Source: an uncultured Candidatus Binatia bacterium (GTDB taxonomy: Bacteria; Desulfobacterota; Binatia; Bin18). Taken from it: 64,000 nucleotides of DNA. Below the pieces are notes generated by a model. That model did not search any database. It was not told where the DNA came from and saw nothing but the letters and a program-made list of their open reading frames with translations. Where the stretch lies: assembly GCA_965200965.1 (NCBI GenBank), contig OZ241744.1:2144001-2208000 (forward strand), in the 5' to 3' direction. The translations under genes were made by a program, and so were the position numbers. This document shows positions 24,618 to 33,957 of this stretch, piece by piece (within the stretch, counting starts at the first letter, position 1; the number at the start of each line of letters is the position of its first letter).

Positions 24618-24742
24618 GCTCTCTCGACAGAGCGGTATCCGGTCCAGCGCTTCCACGGTCTCACCGCATATTGATTTCGCACAAGAAAAGCTGCTACAAG
24701 CATCGGCGTCCGAACGCTCACTCGAACCAGGAGGACAACACG

Positions 24743-25213
24743 ATGCCGGTAGAAGAAGGAAAGGCCGCCCCGGCCTTTCACCTCACAGACACGGCCGGGA
24801 ACACGGTCTCCCTCAAGGATTTCACAGGCCAGGACCTTATTGTCTACTTCTATCCCAAGGACGACACCCCCGGCTGCACCAAAGAAGCCTGCGGTTTTCG
24901 GGATGTGTGGCAAGCCATCCAGCAGTGCGGCGCAACGGTGCTCGGCATTTCGCCCGATGATGCAGCCTCACACCAGAAATTCGTCTCCAAACACCAACTG
25001 CCATTTCCCCTGTTGTGCGACCCCGACAAAAAAGTCATGACCAGGTACGGGGCTTACGGCGAAAAAATGATGTACGGCAAAAAGACGCTTGGCGTCATTC
25101 GTTCAACGGTCTGGGTGGGGCCAGACGGGAAAGTAAAAAAGCACTGGAAAAGAGTTGCCAAAGCCGCAGATCATCCCCGGAAAGTTTTAGACGCCCTGAC
25201 CCAGGCCGACTGA
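24743..25213 (+). CDS. bcp: Thioredoxin-dependent thiol peroxidase (BCP/PrxQ)
   Basis: YFYPKDDTPGCTKEAC; ATG at 24743 after AGGAGG. Confidence 0.93.
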   Translation: MPVEEGKAAPAFHLTDTAGNTVSLKDFTGQDLIVYFYPKDDTPGCTKEACGFRDVWQAIQQCGATVLGISPDDAASHQKFVSKHQLPFPLLCDPDKKVMTRYGAYGEKMMYGKKTLGVIRSTVWVGPDGKVKKHWKRVAKAADHPRKVLDALTQAD

Positions 25214-25267
25214 CATCCCGGGAGCCGTTCGGGCAGACGGCGACCCACAACAACAGTGGAGGCGAGC

Positions 25268-26671
25268 ATGAACACAGACGGATGCAGACCGGGCAGAGCC
25301 GGTTGGCTGCTGGCGGTGGTGGTGTTGCTGCTGCCGGGCAACGCCTGGGCGGCCGTAGGCGAGGAGACGCAGTTTATCCTCAACACCTTCTCGTTTTTGC
25401 TCTGGGGGGCCCTGGTGATGTGGATGTGTGCCGGCTTCACCATGCTGGAGTCCGGCTCGGTGCGCACCAAGAACGCCTCAGTGATCTGTCTCAAGAACAT
25501 CGGCCTGTACTCCATTGCCGGGCTGGCCTACTACATCATTGGCTACAACCTCATGTATGTTGATGTCGGGGCCTGGATCGGCTCTGTGACCTTGCTCTAC
25601 GGACCGTCGCCCGATGAGCTGGCCCTGCTGTCCGGCTCGGCAGAGGCCGAGGCCGCAGTTGTCGGCAACAACTACTCCACCATGTCCGACTGGTTCTTTC
25701 AGATGGTCTTTGTGGCCACCGCCGCCTCCATTGTGTCCGGCACCCTGGCCGAGCGGGTCAAGCTGTACTCCTTCCTGCTCTTCACCGCCGTGCTCACAGC
25801 CCTCATCTATCCTGTTGTCGGGGCCTGGACCTGGGGTGGGGGCTGGCTCAATCAGCTCGGTTTTCAGGATTTCGCCGGCTCCACCATCGTCCATTCAACC
25901 GGCGGCTGGGCCGCCCTGGCCGGGGCTATACTCGTCGGGCCGAGGGTCGGCAAGTTCCGGGCCGACGGCAGTATCAAACCCACGCCGCCCTCAAATGTCC
26001 CGTTTGTCACCTTGGGCGTGCTCATCCTGTGGTTTGGCTGGCTGGGGTTCAACGGCGGCTCACAACTCGCCCTTGGCGGTGTGAGCGACGCGGTGGCGAT
26101 GAGCAATGTGCTGGCCAATACCAACCTGGCCGCGTCCGCGGGGGTCGTGACCGCCCTGTTTGCCTCACGGCCCATACTCGGACGGATCGACCTGCTGGCC
26201 ATCCTCAACAGCGCCATTGCCGGCCTGGTCGCCATCACCGCCGGCCCGGACATTGTACAACAGCACTGGGCGGTCATCATCGGGGCGATTGGCGGGCTGG
26301 TGAGTCTGGGCAGCACAAAGCTGCTGGAGACGGTCAGGCTGGACGATGTGGTCGGCGCAATACCGGCCCATCTGGGCGCTGGTATCTGGGGCACACTGGC
26401 GGTGTGTATAGCCGCTGGCGGCAACCTTGGCGTCCAACTCCTGGGGGTGCTGGCGGTGGGGGTGTTCTCCTTCGGCACTTCATGGCTGATGTGGGCGGCC
26501 CTGGACAAGAGCTTGGGCGTCCGCGTCTCGCGTTCTGTCGAAGAGGTCGGCCAGGATTCAATGGAACTCGGTATTGAAGCCTACCCCGAGTTTGTGATTA
26601 TGCCCGACCCGGACGATGTTGATGAATTGCGTACCGGCCAGGCCGAGGCGTCCGAGGAGCCGAAGAGTTGA
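25268..26671 (+). CDS. amtB: Ammonium transporter (Amt family)
   Basis: FFQMVF, DFAGSTIVHSTGG, LWFGWLGFNGGS, DDVVGAIPAH (twin-His). Confidence 0.93.
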   Translation: MNTDGCRPGRAGWLLAVVVLLLPGNAWAAVGEETQFILNTFSFLLWGALVMWMCAGFTMLESGSVRTKNASVICLKNIGLYSIAGLAYYIIGYNLMYVDVGAWIGSVTLLYGPSPDELALLSGSAEAEAAVVGNNYSTMSDWFFQMVFVATAASIVSGTLAERVKLYSFLLFTAVLTALIYPVVGAWTWGGGWLNQLGFQDFAGSTIVHSTGGWAALAGAILVGPRVGKFRADGSIKPTPPSNVPFVTLGVLILWFGWLGFNGGSQLALGGVSDAVAMSNVLANTNLAASAGVVTALFASRPILGRIDLLAILNSAIAGLVAITAGPDIVQQHWAVIIGAIGGLVSLGSTKLLETVRLDDVVGAIPAHLGAGIWGTLAVCIAAGGNLGVQLLGVLAVGVFSFGTSWLMWAALDKSLGVRVSRSVEEVGQDSMELGIEAYPEFVIMPDPDDVDELRTGQAEASEEPKS

Positions 26672-26701
26672 AGCGCCGGCCTGCGAGAAAGGAAGAGTTT
26701 C

Positions 26702-27463
26702 ATGGCAGGAGTTATTGACGGCAAAGTCGCGCTGATAACGGGTGGCAGCGGTGGCATTGGCCGGGCGAGCTCGCTGGAGTTTGCCCGGCAGGGGGCCAAG
26801 GTCGTGGTGGCGGACCTGCTCGTTGAGGCCGGCCAGGAGACGGTTCAGCTCATCAGAGCTGCCGGTGGCGAAGCCACATTTGTCAAAACCGATGTGACCG
26901 AGGCGGCTCAGGTCAAAGCCCTGGTAGGGCAAACGCTTGAGACCTGCGGCCGTCTTGACTGCGCGTTTAATAACGCCGGCATTGAAGGCGGCATGGCCAA
27001 GACCGGCGACTACGCCGAAGACCGCTGGGACCAAGTCATCGCCATTAACCTCAAGGGCGTGTGGCTGTGCATGAAGTACGAAATCCAGCACATGCTCGGC
27101 CACGGCGGCGGGGCAATTGTCAACACCGCTTCGGTCGCCGGCCTCGTCGGCTTTCGCTACGGCCCGGCCTATGTGGCCAGCAAACACGGGGTGAACGGCC
27201 TGACCAGGACCGCGGCCCTGGAATATGCCAAGGCCGGCATCCGGGTCAACGCCGTGTGCCCTGGGGTCATCAGAACGCCGATGTTTGAGCGCGGTGTGCA
27301 GAAAAACCCCGGCCTTGAAGAGCGCTTTGCCGCGGTCCATCCCATTGGACGGATTGGCCAGCCAGAGGAAATCGCCCGGGCCGTGGTCTGGTTGTGTTCC
27401 GCCGCGGCCTCGTTTGTGACCGGAACCCAGCTGCCGGTCGATGGCGGGTTTGTGGCCCAGTAA
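26702..27463 (+). CDS. Short-chain dehydrogenase/reductase
   Basis: TGGSGGIG, NNAG, YVASKHG, NAVCPG, VDGG. Confidence 0.95.
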   Translation: MAGVIDGKVALITGGSGGIGRASSLEFARQGAKVVVADLLVEAGQETVQLIRAAGGEATFVKTDVTEAAQVKALVGQTLETCGRLDCAFNNAGIEGGMAKTGDYAEDRWDQVIAINLKGVWLCMKYEIQHMLGHGGGAIVNTASVAGLVGFRYGPAYVASKHGVNGLTRTAALEYAKAGIRVNAVCPGVIRTPMFERGVQKNPGLEERFAAVHPIGRIGQPEEIARAVVWLCSAAASFVTGTQLPVDGGFVAQ

Positions 27464-27477
27464 GAGAACCGCATAGA

Positions 27478-29877
27478 CTAATACAACACCCGCCGCTCTC
27501 TCAACTGAGCGATGCGCTCATCAGCATAGCCCAGGACATCCCGCATGACCTGCTCGGTATGCTGGCCGAGCAGCGGTGCCGGGGCCTGCACCCCGTTTGG
27601 CGATTCGGTCAGCAACCAGGGAATGCCGGTATGCTTGCGGACGCCGACCTCGGCGTGCGGCAGCTCAACAAAGAAACCCCGCTGCTTGAGATGCGGGTCG
27701 TCGGCCAGGTCTTTGCTGTTCATGGACGGAAAGGCGGCCACTCCCGCTGCCTGCAAGGTCTGTGTCAGCTGCCACTTGTCGCGCTTTTCGGTCCAGGCGG
27801 TGACGATGTTTTCCAGCGCGTCCTCGTTGGCCTTGCGGTCTTGAACGGTGCGGAAACGGGCGTCTGTGCCCAGCCCGGCCTGATCCATAGCCCGGCACAA
27901 CGCCCTCCACTCGGCGTCGTTGCCGCAGGCAATTGACACCCATTCGTCCTCGCCGGCGCACCGAAAACAGGTATGAGGGGCCATCAGCGGGTCGAGGTTC
28001 CCACGGCGGGCAGGTTCAAGGCCGTTCATGGCGTAGTCCATCCAGCCCTCGGGCACCAGCGCAGCCACCGACTCCCACAGGGAAACGTCAATGTACTGGC
28101 CTTTGCCGGTCCGTTTTCGGGCGGCCAGAGAAGCGGTCACGGCCACCGCGGCATGGATGCCGCTGTTGGGGTCGCCGTAGGAAATGCCGACCTCCTGGGG
28201 CGGACCGCCGGCATAGCCGGTCATGGCCGACAGCCCGGTCAGCGGCGCAATGGCCGGGCCGTAGCCCATATAGTTCTTGAGCGGGCCGCTATGCCCATAG
28301 CCGGAAATCGAGGCCATGATGATGTCGGGTTTGATCTTCACCAGGTCGTCATAGCCCAGGCCGAGGCGCTCCATCACCCCGGTCGCAAAATTATCGACCA
28401 CCACATCACTGTTTTGAATCAACTCCTTGACCACGGCCAGGCCCTCGGGGGTGGAGAAGTTGATCAGCACACTCTTTTTGCCCAGGCTCCACTGGTTGAA
28501 CAGCCCTGAGCGGTTCACCCCTGCTTCCATGCCCGTGGGATAGAGCGGCAGGCGACGGGTGACATCAATGCGGGTGTTGGACTCGATCTTGATGACCTCG
28601 GCTCCCAGGTGGCTGAGATACATAGTCCCGTAGGGTCCGGCCCATACCCAGGTGAAGTCGGCCACGCGAACGCCCTCAAGGGGACGGCGCATTGCGGGGC
28701 TGGGGGCCGGGGGCCGGGGAGCGGGGGCTGGAGGCAGCGCGCGCAGGACCTCGTCGGTGTGCTCGCCCAAGAGCGGGGCTGGACGGCGGACCTGCCACCA
28801 CGGCTCGCGCAGCTGGTAGGGCGGGCCAAGCTGGGTGACGGTCCCGGCGTGTGGCTGGCTCACATCAACAAAGAAGTGTCTGGACCGCAGCTGTTCCTGT
28901 TTGCTGAGCTGTTCCATGCCGAACACCGGCGCAAAACAGATCCGCCGTGACTGGGCCTCGTGCCACAACTCTTCAACCGTCCAGTCCTTGACCCATTCGT
29001 CCAGGTACATTTTCATCACGTCCTGGTTTTTAGAACGCTGGGTGGCGTCGGCAAAAATCTCCCAGCCGGCCCACTCAGGATTGCCCATCAACTCGACAAT
29101 CCGCTCCCACTGGTCTTCTTCAACCGCCAGAATGAAAATCAGCCCGTCTTTGCACTCAAAGATGCCCCACGGGTACAGCAGCCGTTTTCCTAAACGCGAG
29201 GCGATCCGGTCGCTGTACGAGTAGTAGACAAAGTTCTGCTCCAGAAAGGCGGCGATGAAGGCCTGGGTGGACAGGTCGATATGCTCCCCACAGCCGGTGT
29301 CCAAGGCCCGCTGATAGGCCGCCAGGGCCGCCATAGCGCCGGACACGCCGCCCTGGAAGTCGCACTGGTGGCCGGCGACTTTCAAGGGCGGGAGGTCTGG
29401 AAAGTCCGACGCGCCGGGACTCAGCCAGCCCCAGCCGCCGGCGTGGGACACATTCAGCTCATAGGCCCTGTAGTCTTTGTACGGCCCGCTCAGACCAAAA
29501 GGGGTGATCGAACACATGACCAGCCGGGGGTTGAGCTGCCGGAAGGCACCATAGTCAATGCCCCGCTCGGCCATCTGGGCGGCCGGGTAGTTGTGGACCA
29601 CGATATCGGCCCAGGCGACGAGCTGGGCCAGCCGGTCCTGGTGGCGGGTCAGATCAAGCGTGATGCCCCGCTTATTGGTATTCAGGGCCAGGAACAGGCC
29701 GCTCTTTTCCGGGTCGGCCAGCCCGCGGGGGAAAGGCCCACGCTGCCGGGCCGGGTCTCCGCCCGGTTCTTCGACCTTGACCACATCGGCCCCGAGGTCG
29801 GCCATGATTTTGCCGGCGTATGCGGCCGAGACCAGTTCTCCCAATTCTACCACCTTGACACCTTCGAGTCCTTGCAT
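27478..29877 (-). CDS. Tandem (two-domain) CaiB/BaiF family III CoA-transferase
   Basis: Two repeats of LEGV.V...LGA.V.K.E...NxxK, and APLLGEHT/APLLGQHT. Confidence 0.92.
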   Translation of the reverse strand: MQGLEGVKVVELGELVSAAYAGKIMADLGADVVKVEEPGGDPARQRGPFPRGLADPEKSGLFLALNTNKRGITLDLTRHQDRLAQLVAWADIVVHNYPAAQMAERGIDYGAFRQLNPRLVMCSITPFGLSGPYKDYRAYELNVSHAGGWGWLSPGASDFPDLPPLKVAGHQCDFQGGVSGAMAALAAYQRALDTGCGEHIDLSTQAFIAAFLEQNFVYYSYSDRIASRLGKRLLYPWGIFECKDGLIFILAVEEDQWERIVELMGNPEWAGWEIFADATQRSKNQDVMKMYLDEWVKDWTVEELWHEAQSRRICFAPVFGMEQLSKQEQLRSRHFFVDVSQPHAGTVTQLGPPYQLREPWWQVRRPAPLLGEHTDEVLRALPPAPAPRPPAPSPAMRRPLEGVRVADFTWVWAGPYGTMYLSHLGAEVIKIESNTRIDVTRRLPLYPTGMEAGVNRSGLFNQWSLGKKSVLINFSTPEGLAVVKELIQNSDVVVDNFATGVMERLGLGYDDLVKIKPDIIMASISGYGHSGPLKNYMGYGPAIAPLTGLSAMTGYAGGPPQEVGISYGDPNSGIHAAVAVTASLAARKRTGKGQYIDVSLWESVAALVPEGWMDYAMNGLEPARRGNLDPLMAPHTCFRCAGEDEWVSIACGNDAEWRALCRAMDQAGLGTDARFRTVQDRKANEDALENIVTAWTEKRDKWQLTQTLQAAGVAAFPSMNSKDLADDPHLKQRGFFVELPHAEVGVRKHTGIPWLLTESPNGVQAPAPLLGQHTEQVMRDVLGYADERIAQLRERRVLY

Positions 29878-29979
29878 GCCGTCCCCTCCCTCGCATCTCG
29901 CACGAATTCTCAGCCGGCCATGATAACCGGCTGCCGTGGCTTTTCAACACACCGCCGGCTTTTGTACCCTGCGGCCAGG

Positions 29980-30090
29980 GTGTTAGGCAGACACCCCGCA
30001 AGGAACGAGAACCCACCGTAAACTTAGAGTTTGAATCACGCTCAGGGGTGAATGTGTTAGGCAGACACCCCGCAAGGAACGAGAACCCAC
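29980..30090. repeat. Two exact 37-bp direct repeats separated by a 37-bp unique spacer
   Basis: GTGTTAGGCAGACACCCCGCAAGGAACGAGAACCCAC at 29980-30016 and 30054-30090; diverged homologue at about 34491-34527. Confidence 0.95.
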
Positions 30091-30138
30091 GGGGCGGAGC
30101 AAGGTTTTCCCTGATTCCCGACGAAGCCCCCCGGAGGG

Positions 30139-32232
30139 CTACTCCACGCCGGAAATCACAAAGTTCTGGAGGCTCTGCTCCCACTCCAGCACGGTCGTGG
30201 CTCCTGGAGCGGGGAAATCGGGGGCCCGGCACTCGCCGGCCAAGCCCCGGACAAAGGGATCGTCGGTCAGGTGGACGACCTCAAAGGCGTTGGTCTGACC
30301 GATCTGCTGGGCCACCTGCCCGGTGCCGGCCCAGGCTTCGGCCGTGTACGTCCCCTCGGGCAACTCGTTGAAGTTCCAGGTCAGCCCAAACCCGGTCAGG
30401 CCAGGATCGTCCTCTTCACGGATGAGGCACTGCCCGCGCGTATCGGGGCGGCTTGAGCCATAGGGCGTGTCCAGGGTGGCGACACGGCGGCCAGCCTCGT
30501 CAAAGAGGCGGACTTCGACGCTGGGGGCCGAACAGACCCAGCCCCGGATCAGGCCAATGCCGCCCCTGATCCCGTTGGGGGGGGGGTCCTCGATAACGCC
30601 CTTTGCGTTGATGGAAGGGCGGTAGGGGGCGGGGCAGGCAGGGGCCGGCGGGCAGGAGGGACAGGTCCGGGCTGGTGCGAGGCTGGCGAGTATGCGGTCA
30701 TCCCCGGGGGTGCCCTGCTGCACTCCGGCGAGGCGGGCAACAATGTGGTAGGCCCCGCTGGTCTGTGGTGTCTTCCCCTGCACCGTCACCCAATAGAACC
30801 CCGGCCGTTGGACATGGTAAAAAATCCGGCAATTGCTTCCCTCACCACTGGTATCGTTGGCCGCCAGCTGCTGGCCCCCCGGCCCATAGAGAGAGCAGAC
30901 CGTATCGACGGTGCCGAGCGTCTGGACTTCAAGGAGGCCGGGTGTAGCGACATCAATCCGGTAGTTCTGCACCTGCGGCGGGGTCCTGGCCACCAAGGTA
31001 GCAGGGGTGGCGACCCCCATTGACGGGGCAGTAATGGGGAAGGATTGCAGGCGGATGATGTATTGCCCGGTGGTTGAGGGACGCTCCCCCTCCACTTTCA
31101 AGATGGAGAGGCCTCCTGGCAGAATCACGGCTCTGAGTAAAAAATTGGAATCAACTCCACTATCAGAGTCCGTCCTGGACAGGCCACTCGAGCCGGGCAC
31201 AGGTCGCCTCAGAACGTCAAGCACACTCGGCGAGTATAAGGTCCCTTTGACATCCGTCCCCGATCCCGAGGTGATGCTCAGATGCCTCCTGGATTCTATG
31301 GTCGTGAGCAGAGGCGTACTGCCGAAATAGAGAACAGCGATGTATTGTGCCTCTCCTCTTCGCGGAATATTGCCGACGTTCCACGTCACTGGTCCGGAGG
31401 AAACAGCGGGGACCACTACAGTGCTCCCACTGAGCTTGTAGTCCACCCTTAGAATGTAATTCCCGCGCGCAGTGCTGCTCCGTGCCCCCACAGACACGGT
31501 AAAGGTGACCCCAAGCTCAATTGGCAGGACGATCCGAAAATTGTTCCCTACGCCGCTATTATCGTCCGCCGCAATCGCCCTCACGGTTGATGTCGCCGTG
31601 CCGATGGTGTCTACGCTCCCGGTCGTCTCTACGGTCAGGAGGCCGTCGCCGGAGGCGATGAAAGTGTAGGCGTCGCGCTGATTGTCGCGCATAAAGACGC
31701 CCCCGCCTGAGGTTCCGTCGGTCGTGGGAATAAGGCCATCAAAATGGCTGTAGAAGACATATGTTCCTCTGGCTCCGCCCTTCCCTGCTACCACTACAAA
31801 ATACTCTCCTGAGCTGACCGGATGTTCTATCCTGAAATGTCCAGTGTCGGGATCTTGCGTCGCAAGCTGGGTGCGTCCCTGACACAGAGACGCGGCCGAG
31901 GCAGTGAGGGTCCCTCTGGGAATGGCCGTTACTATCAGCTTCCCCGAGATAAGTGGGGGAACCCTGATCCTGAAGTAATTGACTGGGCTTGACGTCGCAA
32001 TATTACCGGGGAGCCGCCCTGAGGAGACACCGTTTCTGAGACGCCTATCAGAATCGCTCGCGAGATTTATGGTGAAATGGCGCGTATCTTCGATATCTGT
32101 GCTATCGCCGTCATCGGCTTGCATATTGAAGGCGGCAAATTGATTCACATTGCAGTCTGGAGCCTGGGCTTGGGCCGGCGGCCCCCACAGCAAGGCACAG
32201 GCTGCCAGGGCGAGGAACAGGGCGGTTTTCAC
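30139..32232 (-). CDS. Secreted/surface protein with repeated PPC-like beta-sandwich domains and a Cys-containing C-terminal domain
   Basis: Signal peptide after GTG 32232 (VKTALFLALAACALLWGPPAQA); about 4 repeats with T.G.VDT.G...DD.SG...NF.I...G.Y; Pro/Cys linker; alternative start 32292. Confidence 0.8.
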   Translation of the reverse strand: MKTALFLALAACALLWGPPAQAQAPDCNVNQFAAFNMQADDGDSTDIEDTRHFTINLASDSDRRLRNGVSSGRLPGNIATSSPVNYFRIRVPPLISGKLIVTAIPRGTLTASAASLCQGRTQLATQDPDTGHFRIEHPVSSGEYFVVVAGKGGARGTYVFYSHFDGLIPTTDGTSGGGVFMRDNQRDAYTFIASGDGLLTVETTGSVDTIGTATSTVRAIAADDNSGVGNNFRIVLPIELGVTFTVSVGARSSTARGNYILRVDYKLSGSTVVVPAVSSGPVTWNVGNIPRRGEAQYIAVLYFGSTPLLTTIESRRHLSITSGSGTDVKGTLYSPSVLDVLRRPVPGSSGLSRTDSDSGVDSNFLLRAVILPGGLSILKVEGERPSTTGQYIIRLQSFPITAPSMGVATPATLVARTPPQVQNYRIDVATPGLLEVQTLGTVDTVCSLYGPGGQQLAANDTSGEGSNCRIFYHVQRPGFYWVTVQGKTPQTSGAYHIVARLAGVQQGTPGDDRILASLAPARTCPSCPPAPACPAPYRPSINAKGVIEDPPPNGIRGGIGLIRGWVCSAPSVEVRLFDEAGRRVATLDTPYGSSRPDTRGQCLIREEDDPGLTGFGLTWNFNELPEGTYTAEAWAGTGQVAQQIGQTNAFEVVHLTDDPFVRGLAGECRAPDFPAPGATTVLEWEQSLQNFVISGVE

Positions 32233-32245
32233 AGGTGACACTTTG

Positions 32246-32261
32246 CCCCCCCCCCCCCCCC
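32246..32261. repeat. C16 homopolymer (G16 on the coding strand) at the 5' end of the surface-protein gene
   Basis: 16 consecutive C. Confidence 0.9.
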
Positions 32262-32403
32262 GCGCCAGTTTTGGCGTAGAACATATGTGCATCTTCTTCT
32301 ATCAGTATCACGATCTTGATCCGCGTTCAATCAGCCTGTTGTCTCGGCTCCTCAACACGCGCCGGCTCTTGCACCCTGCGGCAGGTGGTCGTGCGTTCCT
32401 GTG

Positions 32404-32892
32404 TCAGGCTGCCCCTTTCGGCGGCGCAGTACGTTCAATCAGCGTCCGCAAGGCGAGCATGGTTTCTGCATGGCGTTCGGCGTGGGCGAGCGTGGCTTCT
32501 GCATGGCGTTCGGCGTGGGTGCGCATGGCTTCCATGGTTTCGGCGTGGCGTTCGGCGTGGATGCGCATGGTTTCTGCATGGCGTTCGGCTTGAGTGCGCA
32601 TGGCTTCCATGGTTTCGGCGTGGCGTTCGGCGTGGGTACGCGTGGCTTCTGCATGGCGTTCGGCTTGGGTGCGCATAGCTTCCATGGTTTCGGCGTGGCG
32701 TTCGGCGTGCTGTTGTTCGCGGCGGTCGCCCATCCGTGCCATGTAGCGAATGCCGTAGCCGACGATCCCGGCCTGAATCAGCCCGACGGCCAGGGCAACC
32801 CAGGCCTGCAGATGGGCGGCCGTGACCGCGGCCTCCTGCAAGGCGAGCGTGGCCTGCTCAAAGGTGGTGAGGGTGCCAGCGGTGTCAAACAT
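32404..32892 (-). CDS. Membrane-anchored His-rich repeat protein, copy 4 (7 AERHAE units, 162 aa)
   Basis: One TM segment (WVALAVGLIQAGIVGYGI), [HQ]AERHAE repeats, LIERT terminus. Confidence 0.75.
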   Translation of the reverse strand: MFDTAGTLTTFEQATLALQEAAVTAAHLQAWVALAVGLIQAGIVGYGIRYMARMGDRREQQHAERHAETMEAMRTQAERHAEATRTHAERHAETMEAMRTQAERHAETMRIHAERHAETMEAMRTHAERHAEATLAHAERHAETMLALRTLIERTAPPKGAA

Positions 32893-32924
32893 CAGGCGTC
32901 GTCCAGGTGGTCTGCGTTCCTGTG

Positions 32925-33479
32925 TCAGGCTGCCCCTTTCGGCGGCGCGGTACGTTCAATCAGCGTCCGCAAGGCGAGCATGGCTTCTGCATGGCGTTCG
33001 GCGTGGGCGAGCGTGGCTTCTGCATGGCGTTCGGCTTGGGTGCGCATGGCTTCCATGGTTTCGGCGTGGCGTTCGGCGTGGGTACGCGTGGCTTCTGCAT
33101 GGCGTTCGGCTTGAGTGCGCATGGTTTCTGCATGGCGTTCGGCTTGAGTGCGCATGGCTTCCATGGTTTCGGCGTGGCGTTCGGCGTGGGTGCGCATGGT
33201 TTCTGCATGGCGTTCGGCGTGGGTGCGCGTGGCTTCTGCATGGCGTTCGGCTTGAGTGCGCATGGCTTCCATGGTTTCGGCGTGGCGTTCGGCGTGCTGT
33301 TGTTCGCGGCGGTCGCCCATCCGTGCCATGTAGCGAATGCCGTAGCCGACGATCCCGGCCTGAATCAGCCCGACGGCCAGGGCAACCCAGGCCTGCAGAT
33401 GGGCGGCCGTGACCGCGGCCTCCTGCAAGGCGAGCATGGCCTGCTCAAAGGTGGTGAGGGTGCCAGCGGTGTCAAACAT
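32925..33479 (-). CDS. Membrane-anchored His-rich repeat protein, copy 3 (9 units, 184 aa)
   Basis: Same architecture as the other three copies. Confidence 0.75.
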   Translation of the reverse strand: MFDTAGTLTTFEQAMLALQEAAVTAAHLQAWVALAVGLIQAGIVGYGIRYMARMGDRREQQHAERHAETMEAMRTQAERHAEATRTHAERHAETMRTHAERHAETMEAMRTQAERHAETMRTQAERHAEATRTHAERHAETMEAMRTQAERHAEATLAHAERHAEAMLALRTLIERTAPPKGAA

Positions 33480-33511
33480 CAGGCGTCGTCCAGGTGGTCT
33501 GCGTTCCTGTG

Positions 33512-33925
33512 TCAGGCTTCCCCTTTCGGCGGCGCAGTACGTTCAATCAGCGTCCGCAAGGCGAGCATGGCTTCTGCATGGCGTTCGGCGTGGGTGCGCG
33601 TGGCTTCTGCATGGCGTTCGGCTTGAGTGCGCATGGCTTCCATGGTTTCGGCATGGCGTTCGGCGTGGGCGAGCGTGGCTTCTGCATGGCGTTCGGCTTG
33701 AGTGCGCATGGCTTCCATGGTTTCGGCGTGGCGTTCGGCGTGCTGTTGTTCGCGGCGGTCGCCCATCCGTGCCATGTAGCGAATGCCGTAGCCGACGATC
33801 CCGGCCTGAATCAGCCCGACGGCCAGGGCAACCCAGGCCTGCAGATGGGCGGCCGTGACCGCGGCCTCTTGCAAGGCGAGCGTGGCCTGCTCAAAGGTGG
33901 TGAGGGTACCGGCGGTGTCAAACAT
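33512..33925 (-). CDS. Membrane-anchored His-rich repeat protein, copy 2 (5 units, 137 aa)
   Basis: Same architecture as the other three copies. Confidence 0.75.
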   Translation of the reverse strand: MFDTAGTLTTFEQATLALQEAAVTAAHLQAWVALAVGLIQAGIVGYGIRYMARMGDRREQQHAERHAETMEAMRTQAERHAEATLAHAERHAETMEAMRTQAERHAEATRTHAERHAEAMLALRTLIERTAPPKGEA

Positions 33926-33957
33926 CAGGCGTCGTCCAGGTGGTCTGCGTTCCTGTG

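Noticed and set aside
29980-30090. CRISPR array
   Set aside because: Only two repeats, no cas genes or leader in the window, and the repeat is a diverged copy of the MaoC upstream region. Kept as a duplication finding instead.
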